Virus record (IMG/VR): IMGVR_UViG_3300033148_008370
Location: 1 to 55,574 of that record
Direction: 5' to 3' (one strand)
DNA from: a virus
Lineage: Duplodnaviria; Caudoviricetes
Length of the DNA stretch: 55,574 nucleotides
A program made the position numbers and the translations under genes. Numbering within the stretch: position 1 is the stretch's first letter; each line of letters opens with the position of its first letter. The notes beneath the pieces are model-generated. The model saw only the letters and a program-made list of their open reading frames with translations. It was not told the origin of the DNA and did no database searches. Below are positions 31,493 to 40,919 of this stretch, piece after piece.

Positions 31493-31914
31493 TCAGTCAT
31501 GAAATGTAAAGATTGCAAATACGAACAAGTGAGCAAGCATGTTTGGGTGTTAAGAGAGCGTTGTTCTAAATGCCAAGCTATTGCTGATTTATTAGAAGAA
31601 GAAGCAATTGCTGAATATGAGAGAAGAGAAAGGAAGAGAAAGATACAAGAGAGGATTCATAAAAATGCTTATGAACAAGCAGAGGCAGAGCTTATAAATG
31701 AAGGTGTAATTTCACAGAGAAAATAGGAGGTCTGGTAATGGCGGTTAATATTCAAAATTCAGGAGGAATTCCAAATAATTTCTCAGCTACATTAGCACCT
31801 ACTGTTAATGATGATGTGGATGATGGTTATCTTGTAGGTTCTCATTGGTATGATACCACCAATAATAAAATATACACATGTATAGATAATTCATCTGGTT
31901 CTGCTATTTGGAAG
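30818..31914 (+). repeat. 165-bp direct repeat pair (30818-30982 and 31750-31914)
   Basis: 7 mismatches by manual alignment, all transitions. Confidence 0.92.
31499..31726 (+). CDS. Small CxxC-CxxC protein, possible fibre chaperone
   Basis: CKDC...CSKC; lies between the two fibre genes. Confidence 0.5.
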   Translation: MKCKDCKYEQVSKHVWVLRERCSKCQAIADLLEEEAIAEYERRERKRKIQERIHKNAYEQAEAELINEGVISQRK

Positions 31915-32397
31915 GAGCTGGCGTTAAGTGGAAGTAGTGGTGACACACGTGATTATATTCTGATTAATGATACTAAATCAAGTGGAACACATGGAGGAAC
32001 TTTTTCTTCTGGAGCATGGAGAACAAGAGATTTAAATACTATAGTGTCAGACACCGGAGGGCATGCATCTTTATCTTCAAATCAGATTACTCTTGAAGCA
32101 GGAACTTATGAATGTTTTATTTCTTGTCCAGCTTTTGATGTTGAAAATCATAAAGCAAGATTGTATAATGTTACTGATTCTGTGATGGAATTATTAGGTT
32201 CACCAGAGTATTGTCGTGCTTTTTATGCTCAGATAAGAAGCATTGTTAGGGGCAAATTTACAATTACAGATACAAAAGTTTTTGAAGTCCAGCATTATTG
32301 CACAAGTTCAGCGGACAACAATGGGTTTGGTTGTGCATCATCTATTGCAGGAACTGATGAAGTTTATACAGTTGTTCAATTCTATAAAATTTTATGA
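31738..32397 (+). CDS. Short tail fibre/receptor-binding protein B
   Basis: Same anchor as A; different head (WRTRDLNT, ITLEAGTY, FEVQH). Confidence 0.65.
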   Translation: MAVNIQNSGGIPNNFSATLAPTVNDDVDDGYLVGSHWYDTTNNKIYTCIDNSSGSAIWKELALSGSSGDTRDYILINDTKSSGTHGGTFSSGAWRTRDLNTIVSDTGGHASLSSNQITLEAGTYECFISCPAFDVENHKARLYNVTDSVMELLGSPEYCRAFYAQIRSIVRGKFTITDTKVFEVQHYCTSSADNNGFGCASSIAGTDEVYTVVQFYKIL

Positions 32398-32458
32398 TTG
32401 GTTTTAAAATTATTCTTGATAATTGATAATATATATCACTGAATGTTAAGGAGAAGAG

Positions 32459-32815
32459 ATGATGAATGAAACACAGCTTATAGCAATAATTTCAACATTA
32501 GTTTCTTGTATGACAGTAGCTTTTACTAAACTGATTGATTTTGTTATTTCTTATTTTAAGCAAAATCATACTGAAGAACAAGCTACTTTAGAGAGGAGAG
32601 CTATTACTGAACTTGTGCAGAAGAATGTTTATGTAATAGACACAGTTGCTGATAGACTTGAGAATCTCGATGATGATCATTCTGAACTCAGGAGCCTTAT
32701 TCTGGAAGTTCAGAGAGATAATCTTGAAGTTATCAAACTTTTGAATAAGTCTGAAGTTAATATTGATTATATGAAGGAAAGAATTGACAAGGTGATGTAT
32801 AATGAAGAGGATTAG
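32459..32815 (+). CDS. Single-TM coiled-coil protein, possible holin
   Basis: Hydrophobic N-terminus then coiled coil. Confidence 0.5.
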   Translation: MMNETQLIAIISTLVSCMTVAFTKLIDFVISYFKQNHTEEQATLERRAITELVQKNVYVIDTVADRLENLDDDHSELRSLILEVQRDNLEVIKLLNKSEVNIDYMKERIDKVMYNEED

Positions 32816-32957
32816 AAAGAAAAAATATGATTTTGTTTCTCTTGTCTATGAACCTTCTGATACTATAATATCTATAGTCAGAAAGGGAATAGAAGAGATA
32901 GACAAGAAGCTTGAGAAGATCAGAAAGAATGGAAAGACTGTTGAAAAGGAGAAGTAA
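32802..32957 (+). CDS. 51-aa basic hypothetical protein (not in track)
   Basis: SD AAGGTG; MKRIRKKKYDFVSLVYEPS...EKEK*; fills the gap. Confidence 0.5.
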   Translation: MKRIRKKKYDFVSLVYEPSDTIISIVRKGIEEIDKKLEKIRKNGKTVEKEK

Positions 32958-32960
32958 TTT

Positions 32961-35138
32961 GTGTCTTTTCTTAAGAGAAATTTGAATGATTTTGTAGATG
33001 TATTCACTGCTTATATTGATTCAGACCAGACAGATGTTCCAAATGGTTATTATAATCTTCTTTTAATGGGTGGAGGTAAAAGGAGGAAGGTTCCAGTTTT
33101 ACCTGATTCAATGAATAATAACTATGTAGAGGGAGATGCTGTTCTTGTAGGTAGATTAAATAGGAATGATCAAACTCCTTTTATTATTGGTTATGCATCT
33201 AATATAAGTAAATATACAGTTCCTGAAGAACCTTCTACTGGAGGTAGATTATTACCATTGCAGAATTTTTATGGTAATATGGGAATGACAAGATGGCTTC
33301 CTGGTGCTACAAAGGATATAACACCTCTTGGATTTTCTTCAGAAGTGGCATATTTATTTTCAGCAGGTGAAATACCAGGATTATCTGATGAAGGATTTAT
33401 GTACACAAATAAAAGAAGATACAGCTTCACAGATAATGGTTCTGTGTTAGATATTCATGAAGATGTTGCAACCCCGAATATAGAAGCATCTGGTAAATAT
33501 CCTGTATTTGATCAATTATTTTATGGTCCAGTTTGTGTGCATACTTGTCCAATATTGTTTTATAGAACTCCATTTGTTGATGATGGAAAAGTTTATTGGG
33601 CAGAATATGATCCTATTTCAGGAATTTCTGATTATTATGAACTAAATTATTCTCGTGATACAGCTATTAATGTATTTACAGCTGATCCATCAGATACTCC
33701 AGTTGGTAAAACATTAAGTCTTGGAGGACAATATAATGCAGGACAATGGATTAGAACCTTTTTAGCAACTCCCTGTTCATCCGCGGATTCGGATGGTCCA
33801 TACAGTATCTGTCATTATTCTCCTGATAATTCTCCAGGTACAAAAATGCAGCTCTCTACTTTTCCTTCTAAAAGATATTCTGTTTTTTCTCAATATATTA
33901 CATATACTGGAAATATATTCAGTCTGAACTTTGGAACTTCTGATTATTATAGATGGTGTGACCCTACTCCTCCAGTTGTTTATTATCCTCATTTTCATGA
34001 TGAATATAATTCTCTATGGAAATATTATGATACAAGTGTGCAGAGAACATTTTCATGGAATGGCACTGTTGATTATTTCTCTACAATTAGATCACCTTTT
34101 GTAAAGCTTTGGTATGAATGGGAGTATTTTGGGCTCAAAAATGGAGTTTATGACTATTACTTTGAAGATTTTGATTCAGTAGGGAGTGGTAAGTCTGATT
34201 ATCCTTATTCAGTTACTTCTCATGTTGGAGTAAATCAAGATGGTCTTGGACCATATAACTGCCATAGTATTTTGCCCAATCAACAGTCTTATATTTTTAT
34301 TCATAGTAAAGTTTATGAAACAAGTAATGGTTTGATAACAAAATTGTCTCTTGGAAGCTTTTATTTTGTATCATATGGCTGGGATGGAAATTATGTTTAT
34401 GATCTTCACAAAGTGGATATTAATCCATCCAGTGAAAGCAATTACTGTTTTTTAAACAATGATGGAGAAATTATTTCTAATGATTCTCATATAAGAATGA
34501 ATGGTTTTGATATGCCAAACTTTTTTGGAAATGATAGTATTTGGTGGAGTAATGGAAAATATGCAATTGGTTCAGAACCTAAAGATTGGATAGATTGGCC
34601 AGCACCTCCACCTGACATAAGCCATGTTTCAGCTCATTCTTTGGTGTCTTATGTTGCTGGTGGCAGATATACCCGAAATGCTTGTTCGAATGATACATAC
34701 ATGGTATTATTTGATGAAACAACAAGAATGAAGTGGGTAGTACTTGATAAGGAGTTTAATAATGTTTATGAGGGGGAAATTACTAATTCTCTGTGGCCAC
34801 CTGTATGGTTCTATTCTTTTGGGGATGATAATGGTACAGGTTTTATAACTGATGATAATTATTATTATACTACATTCTTTGGCTGGTATGATGCTCCTAT
34901 AAACAAATATATTAAAGGTATCATTGGAATAGATCTGATGACCAGCACTATGATATATTGGTATATATATATATGGGATTATAATCAATTTGTTGCAAAT
35001 GGTTATGATCCAGCTGATATTGAAGATTATCAAAATTATATATTCTTTTATGGAGGTTATATTGCCATTTGTATATGGAATGCTTATCAGCACCCTACTA
35101 ACTGGCGGTGGATTTTGATAAAAGCGAAAGATTCTTAG
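32961..35138 (+). CDS. Large aromatic-rich tail tip/receptor-binding protein
   Basis: 725 aa, Tyr/Trp/Ser-rich, OB-like N-terminus; SD AAGGAG with GTG start. Confidence 0.55.
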   Translation: MSFLKRNLNDFVDVFTAYIDSDQTDVPNGYYNLLLMGGGKRRKVPVLPDSMNNNYVEGDAVLVGRLNRNDQTPFIIGYASNISKYTVPEEPSTGGRLLPLQNFYGNMGMTRWLPGATKDITPLGFSSEVAYLFSAGEIPGLSDEGFMYTNKRRYSFTDNGSVLDIHEDVATPNIEASGKYPVFDQLFYGPVCVHTCPILFYRTPFVDDGKVYWAEYDPISGISDYYELNYSRDTAINVFTADPSDTPVGKTLSLGGQYNAGQWIRTFLATPCSSADSDGPYSICHYSPDNSPGTKMQLSTFPSKRYSVFSQYITYTGNIFSLNFGTSDYYRWCDPTPPVVYYPHFHDEYNSLWKYYDTSVQRTFSWNGTVDYFSTIRSPFVKLWYEWEYFGLKNGVYDYYFEDFDSVGSGKSDYPYSVTSHVGVNQDGLGPYNCHSILPNQQSYIFIHSKVYETSNGLITKLSLGSFYFVSYGWDGNYVYDLHKVDINPSSESNYCFLNNDGEIISNDSHIRMNGFDMPNFFGNDSIWWSNGKYAIGSEPKDWIDWPAPPPDISHVSAHSLVSYVAGGRYTRNACSNDTYMVLFDETTRMKWVVLDKEFNNVYEGEITNSLWPPVWFYSFGDDNGTGFITDDNYYYTTFFGWYDAPINKYIKGIIGIDLMTSTMIYWYIYIWDYNQFVANGYDPADIEDYQNYIFFYGGYIAICIWNAYQHPTNWRWILIKAKDS

Positions 35139-35147
35139 AAAGAAGGG

Positions 35148-35507
35148 ATGATTGTGGTCATAGATGGTTTTGTGTCCTTTAAAGTGGATGGTTTCAATGA
35201 AAGTATATACCCAAGGATGAAATGGCATAGGTCTTGTTTTGAATTTACAGAAGATTCTGAGACTCCAGCTCAAATAAGTGTTAATAATGTTAAATTTGGT
35301 CAAACAGATGGAGATCCAATTATAACTAAGTCAATTGCTCAGAGCTTAGAAGATGGAGTATCTGATATAATAACTGTAATTACTGATTTGAGGATTGATG
35401 GGACAACATTACAGAAGAAGACAAGAGATATAACTTTTTCTTCAGGAGTTGTAACTGATATTTCAGCTGAGAGTTCTTGGATGAATGTGGGAGATGTGAA
35501 TCCTTGA
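35148..35507 (+). CDS. Hypothetical structural protein
   Basis: Last gene before terminator. Confidence 0.55.
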   Translation: MIVVIDGFVSFKVDGFNESIYPRMKWHRSCFEFTEDSETPAQISVNNVKFGQTDGDPIITKSIAQSLEDGVSDIITVITDLRIDGTTLQKKTRDITFSSGVVTDISAESSWMNVGDVNP

Positions 35508-35538
35508 TTTCTCCTCCGGTTGATCATATAATATAAGT

Positions 35539-35571
35539 TAGGAAAGAGTCCTTCTCTTTCCTATTTTTTTT
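35539..35571 (+). terminator. Intrinsic terminator ending the late operon
   Basis: TAGGAAAGAG-TCCTT-CTCTTTCCTA plus T8. Confidence 0.8.
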
Positions 35572-35587
35572 CATAGGAGTTTGTGCT

Positions 35588-35872
35588 ATGGATGATTACA
35601 CACATGATGCAATTTATAATATAGCTAAAATGTTTTCTCAAATTTCAGCTGAGAAGACAGGAAAGAGATATTTTAGTATATGGAAGGAGATAACTCCTGC
35701 TCAGTTGCTTTCAGAGAGAGCTTTTAAAGTTTGGGAGAAGAGAAAGAAAGCAGGTATTGTAAGTAGGAAACAGCTTGACAAATTTGAGATTGTAGATACA
35801 ATAATTAATCGTTTTGGGAATGATGTCTTCAATTATGGTTTAATAGATGAGAAACATGGTGTTATTTCATAA
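35588..35872 (+). CDS. Hypothetical protein
   Basis: SD AGGAG; start of replication cluster. Confidence 0.6.
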   Translation: MDDYTHDAIYNIAKMFSQISAEKTGKRYFSIWKEITPAQLLSERAFKVWEKRKKAGIVSRKQLDKFEIVDTIINRFGNDVFNYGLIDEKHGVIS

Positions 35873-36083
35873 GGTTGATATTTCTTCTTTCAAGAGGGGT
35901 ATAGATAGTGATGTTGCAAAGAGGATTAGAAAATTCAAGGAATTTCTCGATGAGATTAAAATGACAGATTTACCTGAGAAGGTTAAAGAAAGATTAATTG
36001 CTGAGAAAAAGAAGATGTTGAAATTATATGTATCATCAGCTAAAGAACTATTGAAGATCAAGAGGGAGAGAGAAAATGTTTAG
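35847..36083 (+). CDS. Hypothetical protein
   Basis: Overlaps neighbours in operon style. Confidence 0.55.
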   Translation: MRNMVLFHKVDISSFKRGIDSDVAKRIRKFKEFLDEIKMTDLPEKVKERLIAEKKKMLKLYVSSAKELLKIKRERENV

Positions 36084-37323
36084 TGAAAAATTTTATATGA
36101 CAACATTAAAGCTTTTGATTGAAGATTCATCTTTTCAGTCTAACATATGGAAACTTTCTGATAGTTTCTTTTATAATTCTGATTTTTCACTTAGAGTTTT
36201 TGTAAAAATCAGAGATATATATAAGAAGTATGGTATAATAAATGCTGATATATTTGAAGAGGAGAATAAAGAGGAATGGGAAAGAATAGAATTAGAAGCA
36301 AGTCAGAGTTTGGTAGATTATGTTAAAAAGAATGTAAGGAAACATATATTTCTTTCTTCTGTAGGTGAGGGTTCCAAGAAGCTTGCAAGGGAGATTGAGA
36401 AGGGTTATAGAGAAGCAGATGAGGAGGAAGTAAAGAGGATATTAGAAGATATTCTTTCATCTTATATAGGGGAAGAAGAAGGAGGAAAACTATGGTATTT
36501 TAATCATCCAGAGAGAAGGATTTTAAATATAGATCAATTTAGTGGAACACCTACAGGGATATATGGATTAGATGAGGTTTTATTTGGTGGAGGTTTATGC
36601 CCTGGTGAATTAGGAATAATTCTTGGACTTCCAAGTAGAGGCAAGAGTGGAGTACTGATTAATTTTGCAGCTTCAGCACTTGCACACTCAAAGAAAGTTC
36701 TTTATATAACATTAGAAATTAGTGAAGAGAAGACTGCACATAGATTTGATATGAGGTTGTCAGGTTTTTCAAGTTCAGAGCTTATGGAAAATTTTGGGTA
36801 TGCTTCAAAGAAAATCAAAAATTTTAAACAGATAACAGGAAGTGATTTGATCATAAAGGAATATCCTACAGGTAAAGCAACAGTGTTAGATGTAGCAAAT
36901 TGTATAAGAGAACTTGAGAGGAGTGATGGTTTTCATACAGACATATTGTTTATAGATTATGCTGATATTCTGAAACCACATTTATATACAAATGAGAAGA
37001 GACTTTCTCTTGGTGCTATATATGAGGCACTTAGAGGAATTGCTGTTGAGTTTAAGATTCCAGTATGGACTGCTTCTCAAGGTAATAGACAAGGTGTAGA
37101 AGAGATGCTTGATATGCATCATATGGCTGAAGATTGGAGCAAAAACTTTACATCAGATGTTGTAGTTAGTATTAATTACCCCAAAGATAGTGAAGATGTG
37201 ATGAACTTGTTTCTGGCTAAGAATAGGAGCTACAAAGCAAGAAAGAAGATTAAATGTTTTTATGATTGGTCAAAGATGCTTGTAACTGATTATTCTGATC
37301 ATGATTTCTTGCAGAATATGTAA
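36076..37323 (+). CDS. dnaB: DnaB-like replicative helicase
   Basis: GLPSRGKS, ITLE, IDYAD, WTASQ, KNR. Confidence 0.9.
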   Translation: MFSEKFYMTTLKLLIEDSSFQSNIWKLSDSFFYNSDFSLRVFVKIRDIYKKYGIINADIFEEENKEEWERIELEASQSLVDYVKKNVRKHIFLSSVGEGSKKLAREIEKGYREADEEEVKRILEDILSSYIGEEEGGKLWYFNHPERRILNIDQFSGTPTGIYGLDEVLFGGGLCPGELGIILGLPSRGKSGVLINFAASALAHSKKVLYITLEISEEKTAHRFDMRLSGFSSSELMENFGYASKKIKNFKQITGSDLIIKEYPTGKATVLDVANCIRELERSDGFHTDILFIDYADILKPHLYTNEKRLSLGAIYEALRGIAVEFKIPVWTASQGNRQGVEEMLDMHHMAEDWSKNFTSDVVVSINYPKDSEDVMNLFLAKNRSYKARKKIKCFYDWSKMLVTDYSDHDFLQNM

Positions 37324-37324
37324 G

Positions 37325-37362
37325 TTCATTCTCTTTACTCACTGCAAATTTTATGCTATAAT
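37325..37362 (+). promoter_or_regulatory. Conserved phage promoter copy 1
   Basis: TTCATTCTC-TTTACT-17 nt-TATAAT with extended TG. Confidence 0.7.
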
Positions 37363-37393
37363 TAAATCAGTTTAAAGAAAAGGAGAAGAAAAT

Positions 37394-38035
37394 ATGAAAG
37401 AAGAAGATTGTATTGAACAGTTAGTCAGGAAGAACACAAAGTATGTTTGGAAGATGGCTTATTCTCTGGCGAATGGAATAAATGATCCATCTAAGAGTCC
37501 AGAGGATTATTACCAAGAAATCATGATAAGATTATATCAAGGAAGAAAGAATATTGATGAAAGCAGAGACCCTGCTCAGATAGAAGGTTATATCAGAAGG
37601 ATTATACAAAATGCTGGCAGAGGTCTTTTTCATTTTTATAAGAGAAGAGATTTCACTATCCCAGTTGGTGATTTTTTTTCAGAGGATACTCATACAAAAT
37701 TCTATGTATTAGATGATAAACATGATCCAGTAAGAACTGTGCTTAAAAGGATGATAGAGAGGAATAAGGACAATAAAGAAGATTTGAAGTTTTTGATTAG
37801 AGTAATAAAGATATCTCTGATAATGCCAAAAGGATTTGTGAAATATATTGTAGATGGTTATAGCATTTTAAAATCTCTTTCTCTGTATATGAAAATTCCA
37901 TGTAGTGAAGTAAGTAGAAGACTCAGGAGAATAAGGATGAGGGTGAGTGAAGGAGAAATTAGTGATGCTGAGAACAGAAGAATTTACAGATATTTAAATG
38001 AGGAAGAGACAAAAATTCGAGATTTTAATAGATAA
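37394..38035 (+). CDS. Sigma-70/ECF-like factor
   Basis: Region-2-like VWKMAY...PEDYYQEIMIRLY...YIRRIIQN; C-terminal HTH-like segment. Confidence 0.6.
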   Translation: MKEEDCIEQLVRKNTKYVWKMAYSLANGINDPSKSPEDYYQEIMIRLYQGRKNIDESRDPAQIEGYIRRIIQNAGRGLFHFYKRRDFTIPVGDFFSEDTHTKFYVLDDKHDPVRTVLKRMIERNKDNKEDLKFLIRVIKISLIMPKGFVKYIVDGYSILKSLSLYMKIPCSEVSRRLRRIRMRVSEGEISDAENRRIYRYLNEEETKIRDFNR

Positions 38036-38043
38036 TTTTTACT

Positions 38044-38130
38044 CTCATACAATTATAAGCCCATAGACATACATCATTTTATTTCTATGACCTAAGATAC
38101 ATCTTACACTCTAAACTGTGTTCTATGAGC
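38044..38130. repeat. 87-bp element, inverted partner of 53999-54085
   Basis: 76/87 identical ungapped to the reverse complement of 53999-54085 (manual count). Confidence 0.92.
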
Positions 38131-38164
38131 CTGTTATTGTGTCTTATGTTCCTAAAAAAAGTTT

Positions 38165-38201
38165 TTCATTCTCTTTACTTGGAGAGATGAAGGAGTATAA
38201 T
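38165..38201 (+). promoter_or_regulatory. Conserved phage promoter copy 2
   Basis: TTCATTCTC-TTTACT-16 nt-TATAAT. Confidence 0.7.
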
Positions 38202-38240
38202 ATAATTAGTTTTAAAAAAAATAATAAGGAGGAGAAAGAT

Positions 38241-38969
38241 ATGAACACAGGGAAAATTATGAAGAAGGATTATGCTGAGAAGTTTCTTCAGTTTTTAACT
38301 GAGGAGAAACAATTGGAGGATTTCTCAGCAAGGGATCAAAAGAAGATCCAGAAAGACTGGGATGAATTCTCAAGAATTCTTTCAGAAAGTAGGACTATTG
38401 AAGAAGTCCCTGAGAGATACAGAGAATTCGCAGGAATGTATATGAAAGATGATTCATCCTCAGACTTGGATGATGAGTCAGAACTGATTACAGATGAGAT
38501 AGTGGATACCCTCTTAGCTGAGATTGATGAGGGGGTAGAAGATGAGATAGAAGAAGAGAGTCCAAAATCTCTAACATTAGTGGATGATCTCAAACAACAG
38601 CTTTCTGAGGTAAAGATTGAAAGAAAGGAAAAGAAGAAGAAAAAGAAGAAGAGCTCATTAATGGATGATTATATCACTGTGCAAGGACAGAGATATGGTG
38701 ATATTAAGTCCATGACTCGTCAGGCAAGGTTTGAGAAAGGTATTTTGCCATGGAATTTCACAGGAGCTGCAGCTCATTTCTGGGAGGAGATGGATAGGGT
38801 TGCCAAGGATAATCCAAATGCTAATCCAGAGGAAATAAGAGAAGTGGCGACTCCTGCTTTCTTTCAGAAGGTTGAGGAGGAAGGTTATAATTGCAATCCT
38901 GCTGGGAGAGTAAAAACACTTTTTCCTTATTGGAAGAGATATTCAAATTTGTCACCAGTTAGGAAGTAA
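38241..38969 (+). CDS. Acidic hypothetical early protein
   Basis: SD AAGGAGG before ATG 38241; track start 38118 lies in the repeat/promoter region. Confidence 0.7.
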   Translation: MNTGKIMKKDYAEKFLQFLTEEKQLEDFSARDQKKIQKDWDEFSRILSESRTIEEVPERYREFAGMYMKDDSSSDLDDESELITDEIVDTLLAEIDEGVEDEIEEESPKSLTLVDDLKQQLSEVKIERKEKKKKKKKSSLMDDYITVQGQRYGDIKSMTRQARFEKGILPWNFTGAAAHFWEEMDRVAKDNPNANPEEIREVATPAFFQKVEEEGYNCNPAGRVKTLFPYWKRYSNLSPVRK

Positions 38970-39040
38970 TTGTTTATTGGGGAAGGGAAATTTTCTTCTC
39001 TTCCCTTTAAAATTTTTTAAGTAAATGGGAGTGATATTAA

Positions 39041-40099
39041 ATGGCAAATATATTAGTAATATTAGGTTTTGGTCTTGTAGGAAAATCTATATATACTGTT
39101 CTGAAAGATATGATATCTGATGATAGAATAATTGTTATATCAAAAAGGTTTTTACCCTATACTGAAGAGAAGAACTGGTATATTATGGCTGAAAGCAATT
39201 TAGTCAATAGTGATCAGTTTCCTACTGAGCTTAAGAAGTATTTGGGTAATAAGATATATACAAAATATAGCTATATAGGTGAGTATAGCAATATATATAA
39301 ATATGAGGAAGTATATAGAAAGAAAACAATTTTCTTTCCCAGAGGTTCATCTAAGAGGATAGGTTTCAGGAAGTATATATTTGACAAAAAGGGTAATAAG
39401 CAGGAAGGAAAGATTGTTAAGACAAAAATATATGGTTTTGGAGATTGGGCAAGAATAGTTACTCCTTCTTGTGAATATTTTACTGGAGATGTGATGTCTG
39501 TAAATGTTGCTAATAAAACTGTTACAGTTCAGACTTCTGATGATTCTAATGAGACAGTCATACAATATGATGTCTTGATTAACACTCTTCCTCTTACAGT
39601 TTTAGAGGAGAAGTTAGGAAGTGAATCCTTAAATAACTGTGATATAGACAAAGAGATTGGTAAAATTCTTGAAAATTGTCCAGTATATATGGACAGGAGA
39701 ACTTTTGTTACAGATGAATTTCTTTCATCTATGAGAAGATATAAGCTGTTTGGGAAGTATATTTTAGAGAAGAGATTTAAAGTAGGTGATCACTTAGTGA
39801 TTTTTGACTTTGATGCTAATTCTCAGTATTACAAGCATATAGTTTACAGGGCTGAAGAAGAGATTTTTAATGTTTATAGTCTGTCAATTAATCATAGTAA
39901 TGATTTTCTTTCATATAAGATAAATGATCCAGGTAGAATAAGGTGTACAGACCAAGTAAGGCTTTCTGAATATCTGGAAGCTTTGAGAAAAAACAGCATT
40001 TTCAGTATGGGGAGATATGGTGTCTGGGATGGTGGTAGAAGAGTTATTGATGACATGAGATATATGTTAAAAAATGCATCTTTGGTGATAGGAGGTTAA
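39041..40099 (+). CDS. Putative FAD-dependent oxidoreductase/mutase-like protein
   Basis: N-terminal GFGLVG, YDVLINTLPL, C-terminal GRYGVW. Confidence 0.6.
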   Translation: MANILVILGFGLVGKSIYTVLKDMISDDRIIVISKRFLPYTEEKNWYIMAESNLVNSDQFPTELKKYLGNKIYTKYSYIGEYSNIYKYEEVYRKKTIFFPRGSSKRIGFRKYIFDKKGNKQEGKIVKTKIYGFGDWARIVTPSCEYFTGDVMSVNVANKTVTVQTSDDSNETVIQYDVLINTLPLTVLEEKLGSESLNNCDIDKEIGKILENCPVYMDRRTFVTDEFLSSMRRYKLFGKYILEKRFKVGDHLVIFDFDANSQYYKHIVYRAEEEIFNVYSLSINHSNDFLSYKINDPGRIRCTDQVRLSEYLEALRKNSIFSMGRYGVWDGGRRVIDDMRYMLKNASLVIGG

Positions 40100-40103
40100 A
40101 TAA

Positions 40104-40919
40104 ATGAGAGATGTTTTATATGGTTCTGAGTATATCAAGGTTCAGTTAGTGCAACATCCTACTGGTCAAGATTTTTATTTCACTGCTCAGAGGATAAAAG
40201 CTGAATATTCTGGAGCTGTGAAAGATATGAATGATGAAGAAGCTCGTAAAATAGTGTTAGAGAAATTGAAATCTCCAGGTGGTTTAGGGAATGCTGGTGA
40301 GCATCTTTTCTTTACATTTGTTGTTGATGGGGTGAGTAGAGCTACTACTCATCAATTAGTGAGAACAAGAATTGGTGCTTCTTTTTCTCAAGAGTCTCAA
40401 AGACTTAATGATGTTAGGGAAGCTCCATTTAGAATGCCTGAGACAGTTAAAAGATATATTGAGAAGAATACAAAATGTGTTGATGAAGTGCTAAGGATAT
40501 ATGAAGCAATTAGGAATTCAAGGGAAGTATATGAGATGTTGATAGACTCAGGGGAGGTTCCATATCAAGACGCCAGATATTTTCTTCCAATTGGGACAAC
40601 TACTCATATATATTGTTCTTATTCATATACTACTCTTTATAACCTGGCAAGGAGGAGATTGTGTAAAGGAGTGCAATGGGAGATAAACACTGTTCTCAGA
40701 CTAATGAAGAAAGCAGTGTGTGATGTGTCATCATTTTTAGATTCTTCGTGGTCAGTAGTTATGGAAACAATGGCTGATGCCCTACAACCTCCTTGTAAGA
40801 CATCAGGAAAATGTTTTAGTAATGAACTGATATTTCCTTCATGTATGAAAAAAGAACAAGGTGATTCTTTGTTTCCACATTCTTTAAACGCCAACCAATT
40901 TAGTCAGGAGGAGAAATAA
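40104..40919 (+). CDS. thyX: ThyX-family flavin-dependent thymidylate synthase homolog 1 (RTR variant)
   Basis: EH..F, SRATTHQLVRTRIGASFSQESQR, QDARYFLP, R..QWEI. Confidence 0.85.
   Translation: MRDVLYGSEYIKVQLVQHPTGQDFYFTAQRIKAEYSGAVKDMNDEEARKIVLEKLKSPGGLGNAGEHLFFTFVVDGVSRATTHQLVRTRIGASFSQESQRLNDVREAPFRMPETVKRYIEKNTKCVDEVLRIYEAIRNSREVYEMLIDSGEVPYQDARYFLPIGTTTHIYCSYSYTTLYNLARRRLCKGVQWEINTVLRLMKKAVCDVSSFLDSSWSVVMETMADALQPPCKTSGKCFSNELIFPSCMKKEQGDSLFPHSLNANQFSQEEK

Noticed and set aside
30818-31914. DGR template/variable repeat
   Set aside because: No reverse transcriptase seen; mismatches are not adenine-specific and lie in N-terminal anchors
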